Of a DNA stretch of 21,153 nt, positions 8,599 through 17,261 are shown piece after piece. The notes beneath the pieces were generated by a model. The model was not told the origin of the DNA and made no database searches. It saw nothing but the letters and a program-made list of their open reading frames with translations. Source of the DNA: an uncultured Pseudomonadota bacterium (GTDB lineage Bacteria > SAR324 > NAC60-12); the NCBI GenBank assembly GCA_913020725.1, contig CAJWCD010000059.1:1-21153 (forward strand), written 5' to 3'. Made by a program: the position numbers and the translations under genes. Numbering within the stretch: position 1 is the stretch's first letter; each line of letters begins with the position of its first letter.

Positions 8599-9663
8599 TC
8601 AGAGTTCCCGCAATAGGAAGGTGAAGGCGACCCGGCGGTTCTTCGCCCAGGCTTCCTTGTTGGAGTCAGGGATCACCGGGAATTCCTCTCCAAAGCTGAT
8701 GGTGCGCAGCGTCATGGGGTCTGTGACATAGACCTTGAGCAGGTTGTGGACGGTGTTGGCGCGGCGGTGTCCGAGGGCGAGGTTGTACTCTTCGTCTCCA
8801 CGTTCGTCGGCGTGTCCTTCGATTTGCAGGATGAGGTCGCCCCGGTTTTCCAGTTCTTCCAGAACGGTAGGGACTTCCTTGATGAGCTGCTCCAGAAACT
8901 CTTTGGTGAGTCGACTGTTATCAAATCCAAAGAACACGGTTGACACCAACTGCTCGACTCTGGGATCTCGCACCATCGGCAACCCCAATCCCTGTGCTTT
9001 CAGCAAGCGGCTGTGGATGTTCTCCAGCAACTCGGCTCGTTCTTCCGGGCTGAAGATTTTGCGTTCCTTGCCTGCGGGTTGCTGTGCAGTCTCTTCGACT
9101 TCGCGGAATTCCGTGTCGATCGCCGCTGCCGGCGCGAGTTCCATGCCTGCCGACTCAGAGGTTTCTGCATCTGTGGTGACCTCGGCATCCGCTTCGGTCT
9201 GCAAGGGTTGAGCTTCCGGATCAACAACTTCCTCCGGATCTGGCATTTCCTCTTCGGTGAGTTCCGTTTCGTCGGATTCTGCTGAGGACCCCGCGTCGGT
9301 GTCGGTGGCTGTATCTGCCTCGGTCAATGCTTCAGCGTTCAGAACTTCTTCCTCTGAAGCCGCAGGCTCGAGGAGGTTGAGGATGGAATCAGCAGATTCT
9401 TTTGACTCCGGAGCTTCTTCTGCCGAGGCCGACGTGAGCGCAGCGGTTTCTTTTTCCTGCTGATCTAGGGCTTTTTCCTGCTCAAGCACCCGTTCCTTGT
9501 AATCTTGCTGCTCTTGGGTTTCTTGAGTTTCTGGGGTGGTTTGGTCGGTCTGGGCCACCGCAGTGTCTTGGGCCGCCCCTTCTGTTGGTGGGTCAGAATC
9601 AAAGAGGCCACAAGCGGTCAGAAAGACCACAAACCCTAGATTGAGGATGAGAATACGGATCAT
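8599..9663 (-). CDS. Pal-like OmpA-domain lipoprotein with a long acidic N-terminal linker (module 1)
   Basis: LTAC lipobox; roughly 200 aa E/A/T/D-rich linker; C-terminal VFFGFDNS...IEGHADERGDEEYNLALGHRRA...ISFGEEFP...AWAKNRRV. Confidence 0.9.
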   Translation of the reverse strand: MIRILILNLGFVVFLTACGLFDSDPPTEGAAQDTAVAQTDQTTPETQETQEQQDYKERVLEQEKALDQQEKETAALTSASAEEAPESKESADSILNLLEPAASEEEVLNAEALTEADTATDTDAGSSAESDETELTEEEMPDPEEVVDPEAQPLQTEADAEVTTDAETSESAGMELAPAAAIDTEFREVEETAQQPAGKERKIFSPEERAELLENIHSRLLKAQGLGLPMVRDPRVEQLVSTVFFGFDNSRLTKEFLEQLIKEVPTVLEELENRGDLILQIEGHADERGDEEYNLALGHRRANTVHNLLKVYVTDPMTLRTISFGEEFPVIPDSNKEAWAKNRRVAFTFLLREL

Positions 9664-9852
9664 GTAGATTCCGAAAATTTGGAAGTTTGGACAATGTCCA
9701 TGTACTGAATGAAACTACATCACTCCATGAGGTGCAAGTTCAATTCCGGAATTTTGCTGAGAAACGCAAAAGATGCAACTTAATAAAGCCGACAGTCATG
9801 TCCTAGGGTCGGTTTCAGGGGGTGGCATGAATTTTGTTGCAGTGAAACCGGT

Positions 9853-10863
9853 ATGTGCGCACGAATTCAAAAATATATGATGAGGTTCTTGTTCCCGCAA
9901 GTTGCCCTGCTAGTGGGGCTACTTGTTGGTGTTCTCGCAGTAGGAAAACCTAAAGTGGCCTTTTGCCGCTCTTTGCCCGTGGTGTCGCTGGTTTATCAGC
10001 AGCAGGACATGATCCGAGCCGGCTGGTCGCCTGAGGGCTTGTTTGCGCAAATTAGGCCGCGTTTCGGAGAAGGTGAGTACCGGATGGCCGTCCGTGTGAT
10101 GCAGGATGGCGGGCGGCAGTTTCCTCGTATCCGCGAGTTGAGCGGGGCAGCGAAGTTTCATCCGCATCAGTATGTGACCTTTCCACTGGAACTGCTGATT
10201 GGGCCGTTGCAAGGCTCCATCCTCAAAGCTCTGTTCCCGGAGGACCTCGTTGAATCCGGGGCGCTACGGCACCAAGTGGTGTACCGCTGGGAAACCTTGC
10301 CGCTCCTGAAAGCGGCGTTTCTTAAGAAGAGTGTGACCCTCACCCAAACCGCCCGTTACAACAGGCTCAGATTCGAGGAGTGGGCACTACGTCAGGGACA
10401 GGTGTTGTATTTTCCGTGGAATTGGATACGCGACGACTTGGAACTTCGCCCGCTGTCCGTGAAATACCCGCTGTACCTGACGGTGAATCCGTTGGGGGTG
10501 CGTTACGCAGGGTATCGCTTGGAGCCGGGAGAGTCACTTTATTCCGGGGTGGTCCGGAGGTTTGTGCGCGAAGGATCGCACGAGGAAACCACGAGGATTG
10601 CCAACGACCTCATCGCCCTCAACGGTTTTGCCGATGCCCGGACTTTGAATCCGGGGCAGGAAATCCGGATCCCCCTCGCGTGGTTACGCGAAGATTTTTT
10701 GCACCCAGTGCCCTCGATCCATCGACTCCCGCGCCCTCCGCAACCTGTGGAGGACGTGAGCCGCAAGCTGACCAAAGAAGACCCATGTTTGAATCTACTC
10801 TATGTTTCGTCTGAACTGTGCCAGTCTCCCATTCACTCCATCCTGACCTCACCACGAGGATGA
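9853..10863 (+). CDS. Secreted protein with three divergent LysM-like repeats and no catalytic domain; paralog of the N-terminal half of the downstream amidase
   Basis: Hydrophobic N-terminus (the start may be ATG 9877). The clearest LysM-like unit is YRLEPGESLYSGVVRRF...LIALNGFADARTLNPGQEIRIP. It is collinearly similar to the next gene. Confidence 0.75.
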   Translation: MCARIQKYMMRFLFPQVALLVGLLVGVLAVGKPKVAFCRSLPVVSLVYQQQDMIRAGWSPEGLFAQIRPRFGEGEYRMAVRVMQDGGRQFPRIRELSGAAKFHPHQYVTFPLELLIGPLQGSILKALFPEDLVESGALRHQVVYRWETLPLLKAAFLKKSVTLTQTARYNRLRFEEWALRQGQVLYFPWNWIRDDLELRPLSVKYPLYLTVNPLGVRYAGYRLEPGESLYSGVVRRFVREGSHEETTRIANDLIALNGFADARTLNPGQEIRIPLAWLREDFLHPVPSIHRLPRPPQPVEDVSRKLTKEDPCLNLLYVSSELCQSPIHSILTSPRG

Positions 10864-12644
10864 TTCCTGCCCCGCGATTCCGTTGGTCCTGCAAGGTCTT
10901 GGGGGCGCTGGTGCTGGGGTGCGCCCTGTGGCTTTCGGTCTCAGTCGAAGCTAGGACTCCGGCTCACTACTTCAGATTTTCTGTGGGGCACGAGCAAATG
11001 CAGGTCGGCTGGAACAGCAGTCGGCTGATGGTGCGGCTCAAGCCTCAAGCAGGCGAGGGCATTTATCGGTTGGTGCAGCGTGTCTTCCGAAAGGGCTACC
11101 GCAGCACGAAGGTTTTGCGCACCTACTACCGTTCCAAACGCCTCTACCGTGACCGCTACATTTCCCTGCCGCTGGGACTGCTGGACGGCAAAATCCGGGC
11201 GGCAGCACTTCAAGCCGTCTTTCCCAAAGACCGCTCCCGTGAAAAAGGCTGGGAGCATCGAGTCACCCATTCGTGGGAAAACCTGTCGCTCGTGGTCGCG
11301 CTCTTCGCCAAACCGGGAACGTCCATCCGGAAACTCGCGCAGGAGAACCGGCTACGCAAACGCGGCAACCTGCTCTACCTTAACGACCGCATTCTCATTC
11401 CGTGGCAGCGGCTCAACCCAGAGCTTGGACTGAAACCCAAGCTCAAGGTGCGGCCTCCGCTTTATGCCAAGGCGGATCGATCCGGCAAGGTCTATGCGTG
11501 GTATCGGATGCGCAAAGGCGAGGCGGTGTACTCCTCGGTGGTCGCCCGCTTCACAGGTCGTTTGCTCCACGACGAGGTGGACATGATGACCAAGCAATTG
11601 CTGCGGCTCAATGGCATCCGGAACGCCCGGCGCATCCAGCGCAATCAAGCGCTCAAGATTCCAATGGAGTGGTTAAGCGAAGAGTGGCTGGAAGGTGGGG
11701 GGGCTCTCGTCCAGCAACCACAGCGTACCTCTAGGAAACGCGCAGCTAAATCGCAGCAAACCACGAAAAAGACGACCCACAAAAACACCGCCAACAAGAA
11801 CGACCCGCGCTTTCAGTTCCACGTCATTCTGGATTCCGGACACGGGGGGCGTGATCCGGGAGCCACCTATGGTTCATCCAAACGTGGGGACCGGATTTAT
11901 GAGGATGAGGTCGTGTACGACATCCAGCGCCGCCTGATTCCACTCCTGCAAAAAAGCAATTTCAAAGTGTACCCTACCTTGCTGGACCCGAACCAGCGCA
12001 AGCCAGTGAGCAAGGTGAGTCGGCGGCACGATCAGGACGAAGTCGTGCTGGTCACGCCGCGCTACACGATCCGCAACCCCCAAACTGGGGTAAACATGCG
12101 GGTGTTTCTCGTCAATTATCTCTACAGTAAGCTGCGCAAGCAAAAGATTCCGCAGGAGAATATCCTCTTCCTCAGCCTCCATGCCGATGCCCTCCACGCC
12201 TCGCTGCGTGGGGCGATGGCCTACTATCCGGATCACCGCCTGCGCAAGCGTGTGTTTGGGAAGCGGGGGCAGGTGTACCGGAAGCGCAAAGAGTACCAGC
12301 GCCGAGTTGGATTCACTGTGGCGGACAATCGTGAATCTGCCGTGACGAGCGCGGCTTTCGGCAAAAGCTTGATTTCCTCGTTCCAAAAGGCAAAACTGCC
12401 GATACACAAATCGTCAAACAGTGTGCGGGGCTACCTCTACCGCAAGGGCCGCAAGACGCTCCCTGCGGTGTTGCGCTACAGCAAGGTGCCGACCTCGGTG
12501 CTGCTGGAGGTGGCCAACCTCAACAACAAGCGGGACCGTCGCAACCTGCTGAAATCAAAGGTGCGGCAGCAAATGGCCAATGCCATAGCTCAGGCAGTGA
12601 AAGTCCATTTCACCAGTTCCGGAGGCTTCGTGGCGTCTCGCTGA
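10860..12644 (+). CDS. N-acetylmuramoyl-L-alanine amidase (Amidase_3) with three N-terminal LysM-like repeats
   Basis: Zn/catalytic motifs VILDSGHGGRDPGA, YEDEV, FLSLHADA and SVLLEVANL; signal peptide ending VEA. ATG 10860 overlaps the upstream stop (ATGA) and is preferred to GTG 10818. Confidence 0.9.
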   Translation: MIPAPRFRWSCKVLGALVLGCALWLSVSVEARTPAHYFRFSVGHEQMQVGWNSSRLMVRLKPQAGEGIYRLVQRVFRKGYRSTKVLRTYYRSKRLYRDRYISLPLGLLDGKIRAAALQAVFPKDRSREKGWEHRVTHSWENLSLVVALFAKPGTSIRKLAQENRLRKRGNLLYLNDRILIPWQRLNPELGLKPKLKVRPPLYAKADRSGKVYAWYRMRKGEAVYSSVVARFTGRLLHDEVDMMTKQLLRLNGIRNARRIQRNQALKIPMEWLSEEWLEGGGALVQQPQRTSRKRAAKSQQTTKKTTHKNTANKNDPRFQFHVILDSGHGGRDPGATYGSSKRGDRIYEDEVVYDIQRRLIPLLQKSNFKVYPTLLDPNQRKPVSKVSRRHDQDEVVLVTPRYTIRNPQTGVNMRVFLVNYLYSKLRKQKIPQENILFLSLHADALHASLRGAMAYYPDHRLRKRVFGKRGQVYRKRKEYQRRVGFTVADNRESAVTSAAFGKSLISSFQKAKLPIHKSSNSVRGYLYRKGRKTLPAVLRYSKVPTSVLLEVANLNNKRDRRNLLKSKVRQQMANAIAQAVKVHFTSSGGFVASR

Positions 12645-12674
12645 TCCAGAAATTTTTTCTGAAATTATGCTGAC

Positions 12675-13271
12675 ATGAATGTTGTTTTTGACCTCGGTAA
12701 CGTCCTCATCGACTGGAATCCCCGCTACCTGTACCGTAAGCTGTTGCCCAACGAAGCGGAGGTGGAGCGTTTTCTGAACGAAATCTGCACTGACGAGTGG
12801 AACGTGCGGATGGATGCCGGACTGCCGATGGCGGAAGGAATTGCCGAGAAAGTCCAGGAGTTTCCGGAATACGAAACGCTCATCCGAGCGTGGTGGGAAC
12901 GCTGGCCTGAAATGCTCGGTGAACCGCTTGCCGAGACCGTCGAAATCCTGCAAGAACTCCGGAACGCTGGAACACCGCTCTATGTTTTGAGCAACTGGTC
13001 AGCGGAAACCTATCCCTTGGCCGAGCCGAGCTTTCCGTTTCTGGGTTGGTTCCGGGGCAAGGTCATTTCCGGGGAGGTTAAAATGAAGAAGCCTGATCCG
13101 GAAATCTATCAGCATCTGTTGGAACGTTTTGGGCTGGAACCCTCGCAAACGGTGTTCATTGACGACAAATCTGCCAATGTCGCAGCGGCAAATGTGGAAG
13201 GCATTCGGGGGCTGGTTTTCACGGATGCCGCAAAGCTGCGGGCCGATCTTGGGCAAATGGGGTTGCTGTAG
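12675..13271 (+). CDS. HAD-superfamily phosphatase/hydrolase
   Basis: Motif I FDLGNVL, motif II LSN, motif III KPDPEIY, motif IV FIDDKSANV. Confidence 0.92.
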   Translation: MNVVFDLGNVLIDWNPRYLYRKLLPNEAEVERFLNEICTDEWNVRMDAGLPMAEGIAEKVQEFPEYETLIRAWWERWPEMLGEPLAETVEILQELRNAGTPLYVLSNWSAETYPLAEPSFPFLGWFRGKVISGEVKMKKPDPEIYQHLLERFGLEPSQTVFIDDKSANVAAANVEGIRGLVFTDAAKLRADLGQMGLL

Positions 13272-13292
13272 CCGCACAGAGCCTGCTACAAT
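13263..13292 (+). promoter_or_regulatory. Putative sigma70 promoter (extended -10) for the membrane protein-cimA genes
   Basis: TTGCTG (13263-13268), 18-nt spacer, TACAAT (13287-13292) preceded by TGn. Confidence 0.4.
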
Positions 13293-13326
13293 CAAATGCT
13301 TTTGTTGAACCTGTGTGCCCGGAGTG

Positions 13327-13704
13327 ATGCGTCGGCTGGTGATGATCAGTTGTGTGTTCCTGACGCTGTCCGGAGGATGGCTGACGACCGCAAGCGAGTT
13401 TCTGAAGGTGGAGCGCAGCACGACGGTGGCGGTTCTGCACATTTGGGCAGGCTTCTTCTTCCTCGTCATCTTTCCCATGTACTCGCTGGACCACATCAAG
13501 GCGCATGCGTATCGGCTACGGAGTTGGTCTTGGGTGACGGTTTCCGGAATCGTGCAGTTGCTTGCAGGGATCGGGTTGATCCTCTCCGGTGTGCTGCTGT
13601 GGCTTTACGGGGTGGAAACACTCTCGTTGCCCCGCGAGGTTCACATCATCCTGACCGTTGTGTTGGTTGCCAGTCTGCTGACGCACTTTCGCGCTCCAAA
13701 ATGA
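13327..13704 (+). CDS. Small 4-TM membrane protein, cytochrome b-like/DUF4405-like
   Basis: Four hydrophobic helices; internal two-fold repeat LxLSG...H; His38, His56, His60, His106 and His120; ATG 13327 follows GGAG. Confidence 0.65.
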   Translation: MRRLVMISCVFLTLSGGWLTTASEFLKVERSTTVAVLHIWAGFFFLVIFPMYSLDHIKAHAYRLRSWSWVTVSGIVQLLAGIGLILSGVLLWLYGVETLSLPREVHIILTVVLVASLLTHFRAPK

Positions 13705-13751
13705 TGATTTGATTCGGCCCTGTTCCGGCTGATGCACTCTCCAAGGTAGTC

Positions 13752-15341
13752 ATGACCCAAGCGGCTCCACCCGATTCGATGCCTGACAACCACGTTCTGA
13801 TTCTCGACACCACCCTGCGTGACGGCGAACAAACCCAAGGGGTGACGTTCACGCCTGCGGAGAAGAGCAACATCGCCAAGGCGTTCCTGCAAAAACTCCG
13901 AGTGGATCGCTTGGAAATCGCCTCGGCCCGTGTTTCCGAAGGCGAACTGCTGGCGGTGCAGCGCACCACTGAGTGGGCACAGGGACACGGCCTGCTCGGT
14001 AAGATTGAGGTGCTGGGTTTCATTGATCACACCCTCAGCGTCGCTTGGATTCGGGAAGCGGGAGGTGAAGTCCTCAATTTGCTCACGAAGGGCAGTGAAA
14101 ACCACTGTCGCAACCAACTCCGCAAAACCCTCAAACAGCACGTTGCGGAAATCCGTAAGACCCTCGCCTATGCCCACCAGCAGGGGCTCCGGACAAACGT
14201 GTATCTGGAAGACTGGTCCAACGGTTACCACGACAACCCGCAGTACGTTTACGAACTGGTCACGGCACTGAAAGACGAGGGCATCGAACATTTCATGCTT
14301 CCGGACACACTGGGAGTGATGTCGCCGGATGAGGTGTTCGCAAGTCTTTCCGATATGCAGGAACGCTTCCCGTGGGCGCTGTTTGACTTCCACCCGCACA
14401 ACGACTACGGACTGGGGGTGGCCAACGCGCTTTACGCGGTCAAGTCTGGAATCCGCTGCATCCACGTCACCATGAACTGCCTTGGGGAACGAGCGGGCAA
14501 CGCGGCGCTGGCCGAGGTGGTGGTGGCGTTGCGGGACAAAATGAAGATGTCGCTGAATGTGGACGAATCACACCTCTCCACGCTGAGCGAAATGGTGGCG
14601 ACCTTCTCCGGAAAGCGCACCGCTGCCAACGCCCCGATCGTGGGCGAGGACGTTTTCACACAAACCAGTGGCATTCACGCCGACGGTGACAAGAAGGGGG
14701 GGCTCTATCACAATCCGATCACGCCGGAACGCTTCGGGCGCCGCCGAGGTTATGCACTCGGCAAGATGAGCGGCAAGGCTTCGCTGGTGAAAAACCTAGA
14801 GGCGCTGGGCATCCAGCTTGTGGAGGAAAACCTCAAGAAGGTGCTGCGGCGAGTGGTGGAGTTGGGGGATTCCAAGAAGACGATCACCCCGGCGGATTTG
14901 CCTTTCATCATCACGGACGTGCTGGAAACCGAGGACGTGCAGCCCATCCGGCTGCTGGGCTGCTCCCTCACAAGTGGACTCCACCTCAAGTCCGTGGCCA
15001 CCGTGCGTTTGGAAATTGACGGACACGAGTACAACGAGGCCGGCAGCGGCAACGGGGGTTACGATGCCTTCATGGGCGCGGTGCGCAAGATCCTGCGGAG
15101 GCGGCACGTCGAGTGCCCGGAACTGGTGGACTACGAAATCCGCATTCCACGTGGCGGGCACACGGATGCCCTCACCGAAGCGTTGATCACTTGGCAGATT
15201 GACGGCAAGCGCCACCAGACGGTGGGAGTCGATTCCGATCAGGTGATGGCAGCAGTGAATGCAACCTTGAAGATGCTCAACCTGCGGTTCATGCAGCTAA
15301 AGACTCGCCGCAGTGAAATCGCCGAGGAATCTGCGGCCTGA
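13752..15341 (+). CDS. cimA: (R)-citramalate synthase, Leptospira/Bacteroidetes type (DRE-TIM, alpha-IPM synthase family)
   Basis: Motifs DTTLRDGEQT, EIASARVSEGE, LNLLTKGS, NVYLEDWSNG, FHPHNDY, GERAGN and HADGDKKG..Y.NPI.PERFGR match Leptospira CimA as I recall it; a C-terminal allosteric domain (GNGGYDAFM) is present. Confidence 0.85.
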   Translation: MTQAAPPDSMPDNHVLILDTTLRDGEQTQGVTFTPAEKSNIAKAFLQKLRVDRLEIASARVSEGELLAVQRTTEWAQGHGLLGKIEVLGFIDHTLSVAWIREAGGEVLNLLTKGSENHCRNQLRKTLKQHVAEIRKTLAYAHQQGLRTNVYLEDWSNGYHDNPQYVYELVTALKDEGIEHFMLPDTLGVMSPDEVFASLSDMQERFPWALFDFHPHNDYGLGVANALYAVKSGIRCIHVTMNCLGERAGNAALAEVVVALRDKMKMSLNVDESHLSTLSEMVATFSGKRTAANAPIVGEDVFTQTSGIHADGDKKGGLYHNPITPERFGRRRGYALGKMSGKASLVKNLEALGIQLVEENLKKVLRRVVELGDSKKTITPADLPFIITDVLETEDVQPIRLLGCSLTSGLHLKSVATVRLEIDGHEYNEAGSGNGGYDAFMGAVRKILRRRHVECPELVDYEIRIPRGGHTDALTEALITWQIDGKRHQTVGVDSDQVMAAVNATLKMLNLRFMQLKTRRSEIAEESAA

Positions 15342-15401
15342 CCCTGCCATGCCAAGCACTCCCCGACATTCGGGCCTACGGCCCCGCACTTCCTGAGTAG
15401 C

Positions 15402-16688
15402 ATGGCTGACCAACACTCGGCGGAGCCTTCCGTCTTTCTTCCGCTCACTGGAAACCCGACTGGCTTTCACCATCTGCTGCTGGCCGAGTGCGCCTTGCGG
15501 CAGTTTCCGGAATACGACCGCGTGGTCTTTCTGCTCTCGAACGGTCAGCACCCGGACCCGACCAAGCGCCAGCGCATCCTCGCAGCCGAGTTGCGGCTGA
15601 CCATCTTGCGGAGCGTGTTGGCGGATTGGCCGCAGCCCGAGGTCAGCTACCCCGTCCGAGTGCTGGCAGGTTTGGGAGAGCAACCCCGCCTGAACCCCAA
15701 GCATTCCGGAATCTCCACCGCCGAGTTTGAGTATGATCGCCCGTACCGACTGGCGGAACACGTCTTGCGCTTGCATGAGCAGTGTCCGGAGTACCCGGTG
15801 TCGCTCATCATTGGAGCAGACTTGGTGGAGCGTATGCAGGACGAACGTATTTTCTCATCGGAGGACTTGGGGGTGCTGGCCAGCAAGGCGAGGTTTCTGA
15901 TTGTACCTCGCGGGGCCGTCATGCTGGAGGAGGCACTGGCGACGACCGAAAAGCTCCGGAGCGTGACGCTTGTCACAGAATTGCTGAACCTCGACCAGCT
16001 TCCGAAACCACTCCACCTGCTCCTCCACCTCTCCTCCACACTGATCCGCCGCGCTGTGCAGGCCGGGCATTCGTTGGAGCGTTTTGTCCCGCAAGGTGCG
16101 GCCCAATTGATGCGCGAACAGCAGCTTTACCGACTGGAGGGGGCGGACCAATTCCTCAATGAATGGGAACTCAATTGTCGACGTCAGGAGCAGCAGCTTG
16201 AGGACTGTGCTGTTGCGATCAAGCAGTTACTCGACGAACGGGCACGGCAGCGCAAGCCCCATCACATCGCTGTGGTGGAAACCAGCAGCGGGGGCCGTGT
16301 CGCTGCGGCGTTCACCACGGTCTCCGGAATTTCCAAGCACTTCCTCGGCGGCGTGGTGCCCTATGACAGCCGGGAGAAGGCGCGCCTGCTGGAACGCCCC
16401 GTCACTGGCTCCAGCGTGACTGCGGCTATGGCCGGCATCCTTGCGGAAGCCGGGGCACGTCGCAGCGGGGCGGATTTCACGCTCGCCGAAACCGGCATGG
16501 CCGGACCCTCCTCCCCGGAACGCCGCAGCCGCAAGCATGGGCAGTGTCACCTCGCCCTGTCGATTGACGGGAAACTCCACCACAACCGCCTCGACCTCAA
16601 CCCGTTTTTAAGCCGCAAGGAGCATCAGCTTGGGTTCGCGCTGGAGGCTCTGCGCTGGTTCAAATCGGTGCTGGAATCCCGTGGCTGA
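15402..16688 (+). CDS. Fusion of a NadD-like nucleotidyltransferase domain (N-terminal) and a CinA_C/PncC NMN-deamidase-like domain (C-terminal)
   Basis: N-terminal: GNPTGFHHLLLA, LIIGADL, LSSTLIRRAV...FVPQGA..LMREQQLY. C-terminal: IAVVETSSGG, SGISKHFLGGVVPYDSREK, ADFTLAETGMAGP. Confidence 0.82.
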   Translation: MADQHSAEPSVFLPLTGNPTGFHHLLLAECALRQFPEYDRVVFLLSNGQHPDPTKRQRILAAELRLTILRSVLADWPQPEVSYPVRVLAGLGEQPRLNPKHSGISTAEFEYDRPYRLAEHVLRLHEQCPEYPVSLIIGADLVERMQDERIFSSEDLGVLASKARFLIVPRGAVMLEEALATTEKLRSVTLVTELLNLDQLPKPLHLLLHLSSTLIRRAVQAGHSLERFVPQGAAQLMREQQLYRLEGADQFLNEWELNCRRQEQQLEDCAVAIKQLLDERARQRKPHHIAVVETSSGGRVAAAFTTVSGISKHFLGGVVPYDSREKARLLERPVTGSSVTAAMAGILAEAGARRSGADFTLAETGMAGPSSPERRSRKHGQCHLALSIDGKLHHNRLDLNPFLSRKEHQLGFALEALRWFKSVLESRG

Positions 16689-16704
16689 GGTCCGATCGGT
16701 ATGC

Positions 16705-16720
16705 CGGAACACTGCTTGCA
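16705..16720 (+). promoter_or_regulatory. Possible sigma54 (-24/-12) promoter
   Basis: CGGAAC-actgc-TTGCA gives GG-N10-GC spacing with TTGCA, in an intergenic position upstream of two hypothetical genes. Confidence 0.35.
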
Positions 16721-16799
16721 CCCATCGTTGTAATGAGAGGCAGAACTGAGGTGATGTTATGCCCGCACCACACCGGACGCTCCTAACGATGTTCTCGTG

Positions 16800-17261
16800 A
16801 TGACGGAAGATTCAGACAAGGGAACCAGTTTGGAGTCGCTAGGCGAATCGCTACGGCAGCACGAGCAGGCCTTGACCTCCAGTCTGGGGGCGCTGGTGGA
16901 ATGCCGTCGGCAGATGGACCACTCCCGCATGCGTTGTCAACGCCTGCTGGAGGCGAAAGCCGAAGCCGATGAGGCGGTGCTTCCGGAGATCAACGCGACG
17001 CTCGACGAGGAAGTCCGGGTGCTGGACCGCGTGACTTACGATTACCTCAACCTGCTGGAAGAAGAGCGGCACTGGTTGCTGTTTTCCGTGCAGTGCCTCT
17101 ACGAATCACAATTCCCCAAGGACGGGCTTTGGCGCTCCCTCTTCACCGAGACGTTGTGGGCGCAGGACATGGAACTCCGCAGCCGCTACCAAGAGCGTCG
17201 GCAGCAGTTGGAGTCACAGTTGTCGCCAGTCACCAACTCTCTTGATGGGGAAACCAAATGA
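16800..17261 (+). CDS. Hypothetical coiled-coil protein (about 153 aa)
   Basis: L/E/R/Q-rich ORF; start is GTG 16797 or ATG 16800; its stop overlaps the next ATG (ATGA). Confidence 0.72.
   Translation: MTEDSDKGTSLESLGESLRQHEQALTSSLGALVECRRQMDHSRMRCQRLLEAKAEADEAVLPEINATLDEEVRVLDRVTYDYLNLLEEERHWLLFSVQCLYESQFPKDGLWRSLFTETLWAQDMELRSRYQERRQQLESQLSPVTNSLDGETK

Noticed and set aside
9822..9840. Sigma54-like TGGCATG-AATT-TTGT upstream of the LysM-like gene
   Set aside because: The -12 element reads GT rather than the near-invariant GC; too weak to call.
13641..14465. 274-aa minus-strand ORF
   Set aside because: Antisense shadow of cimA.
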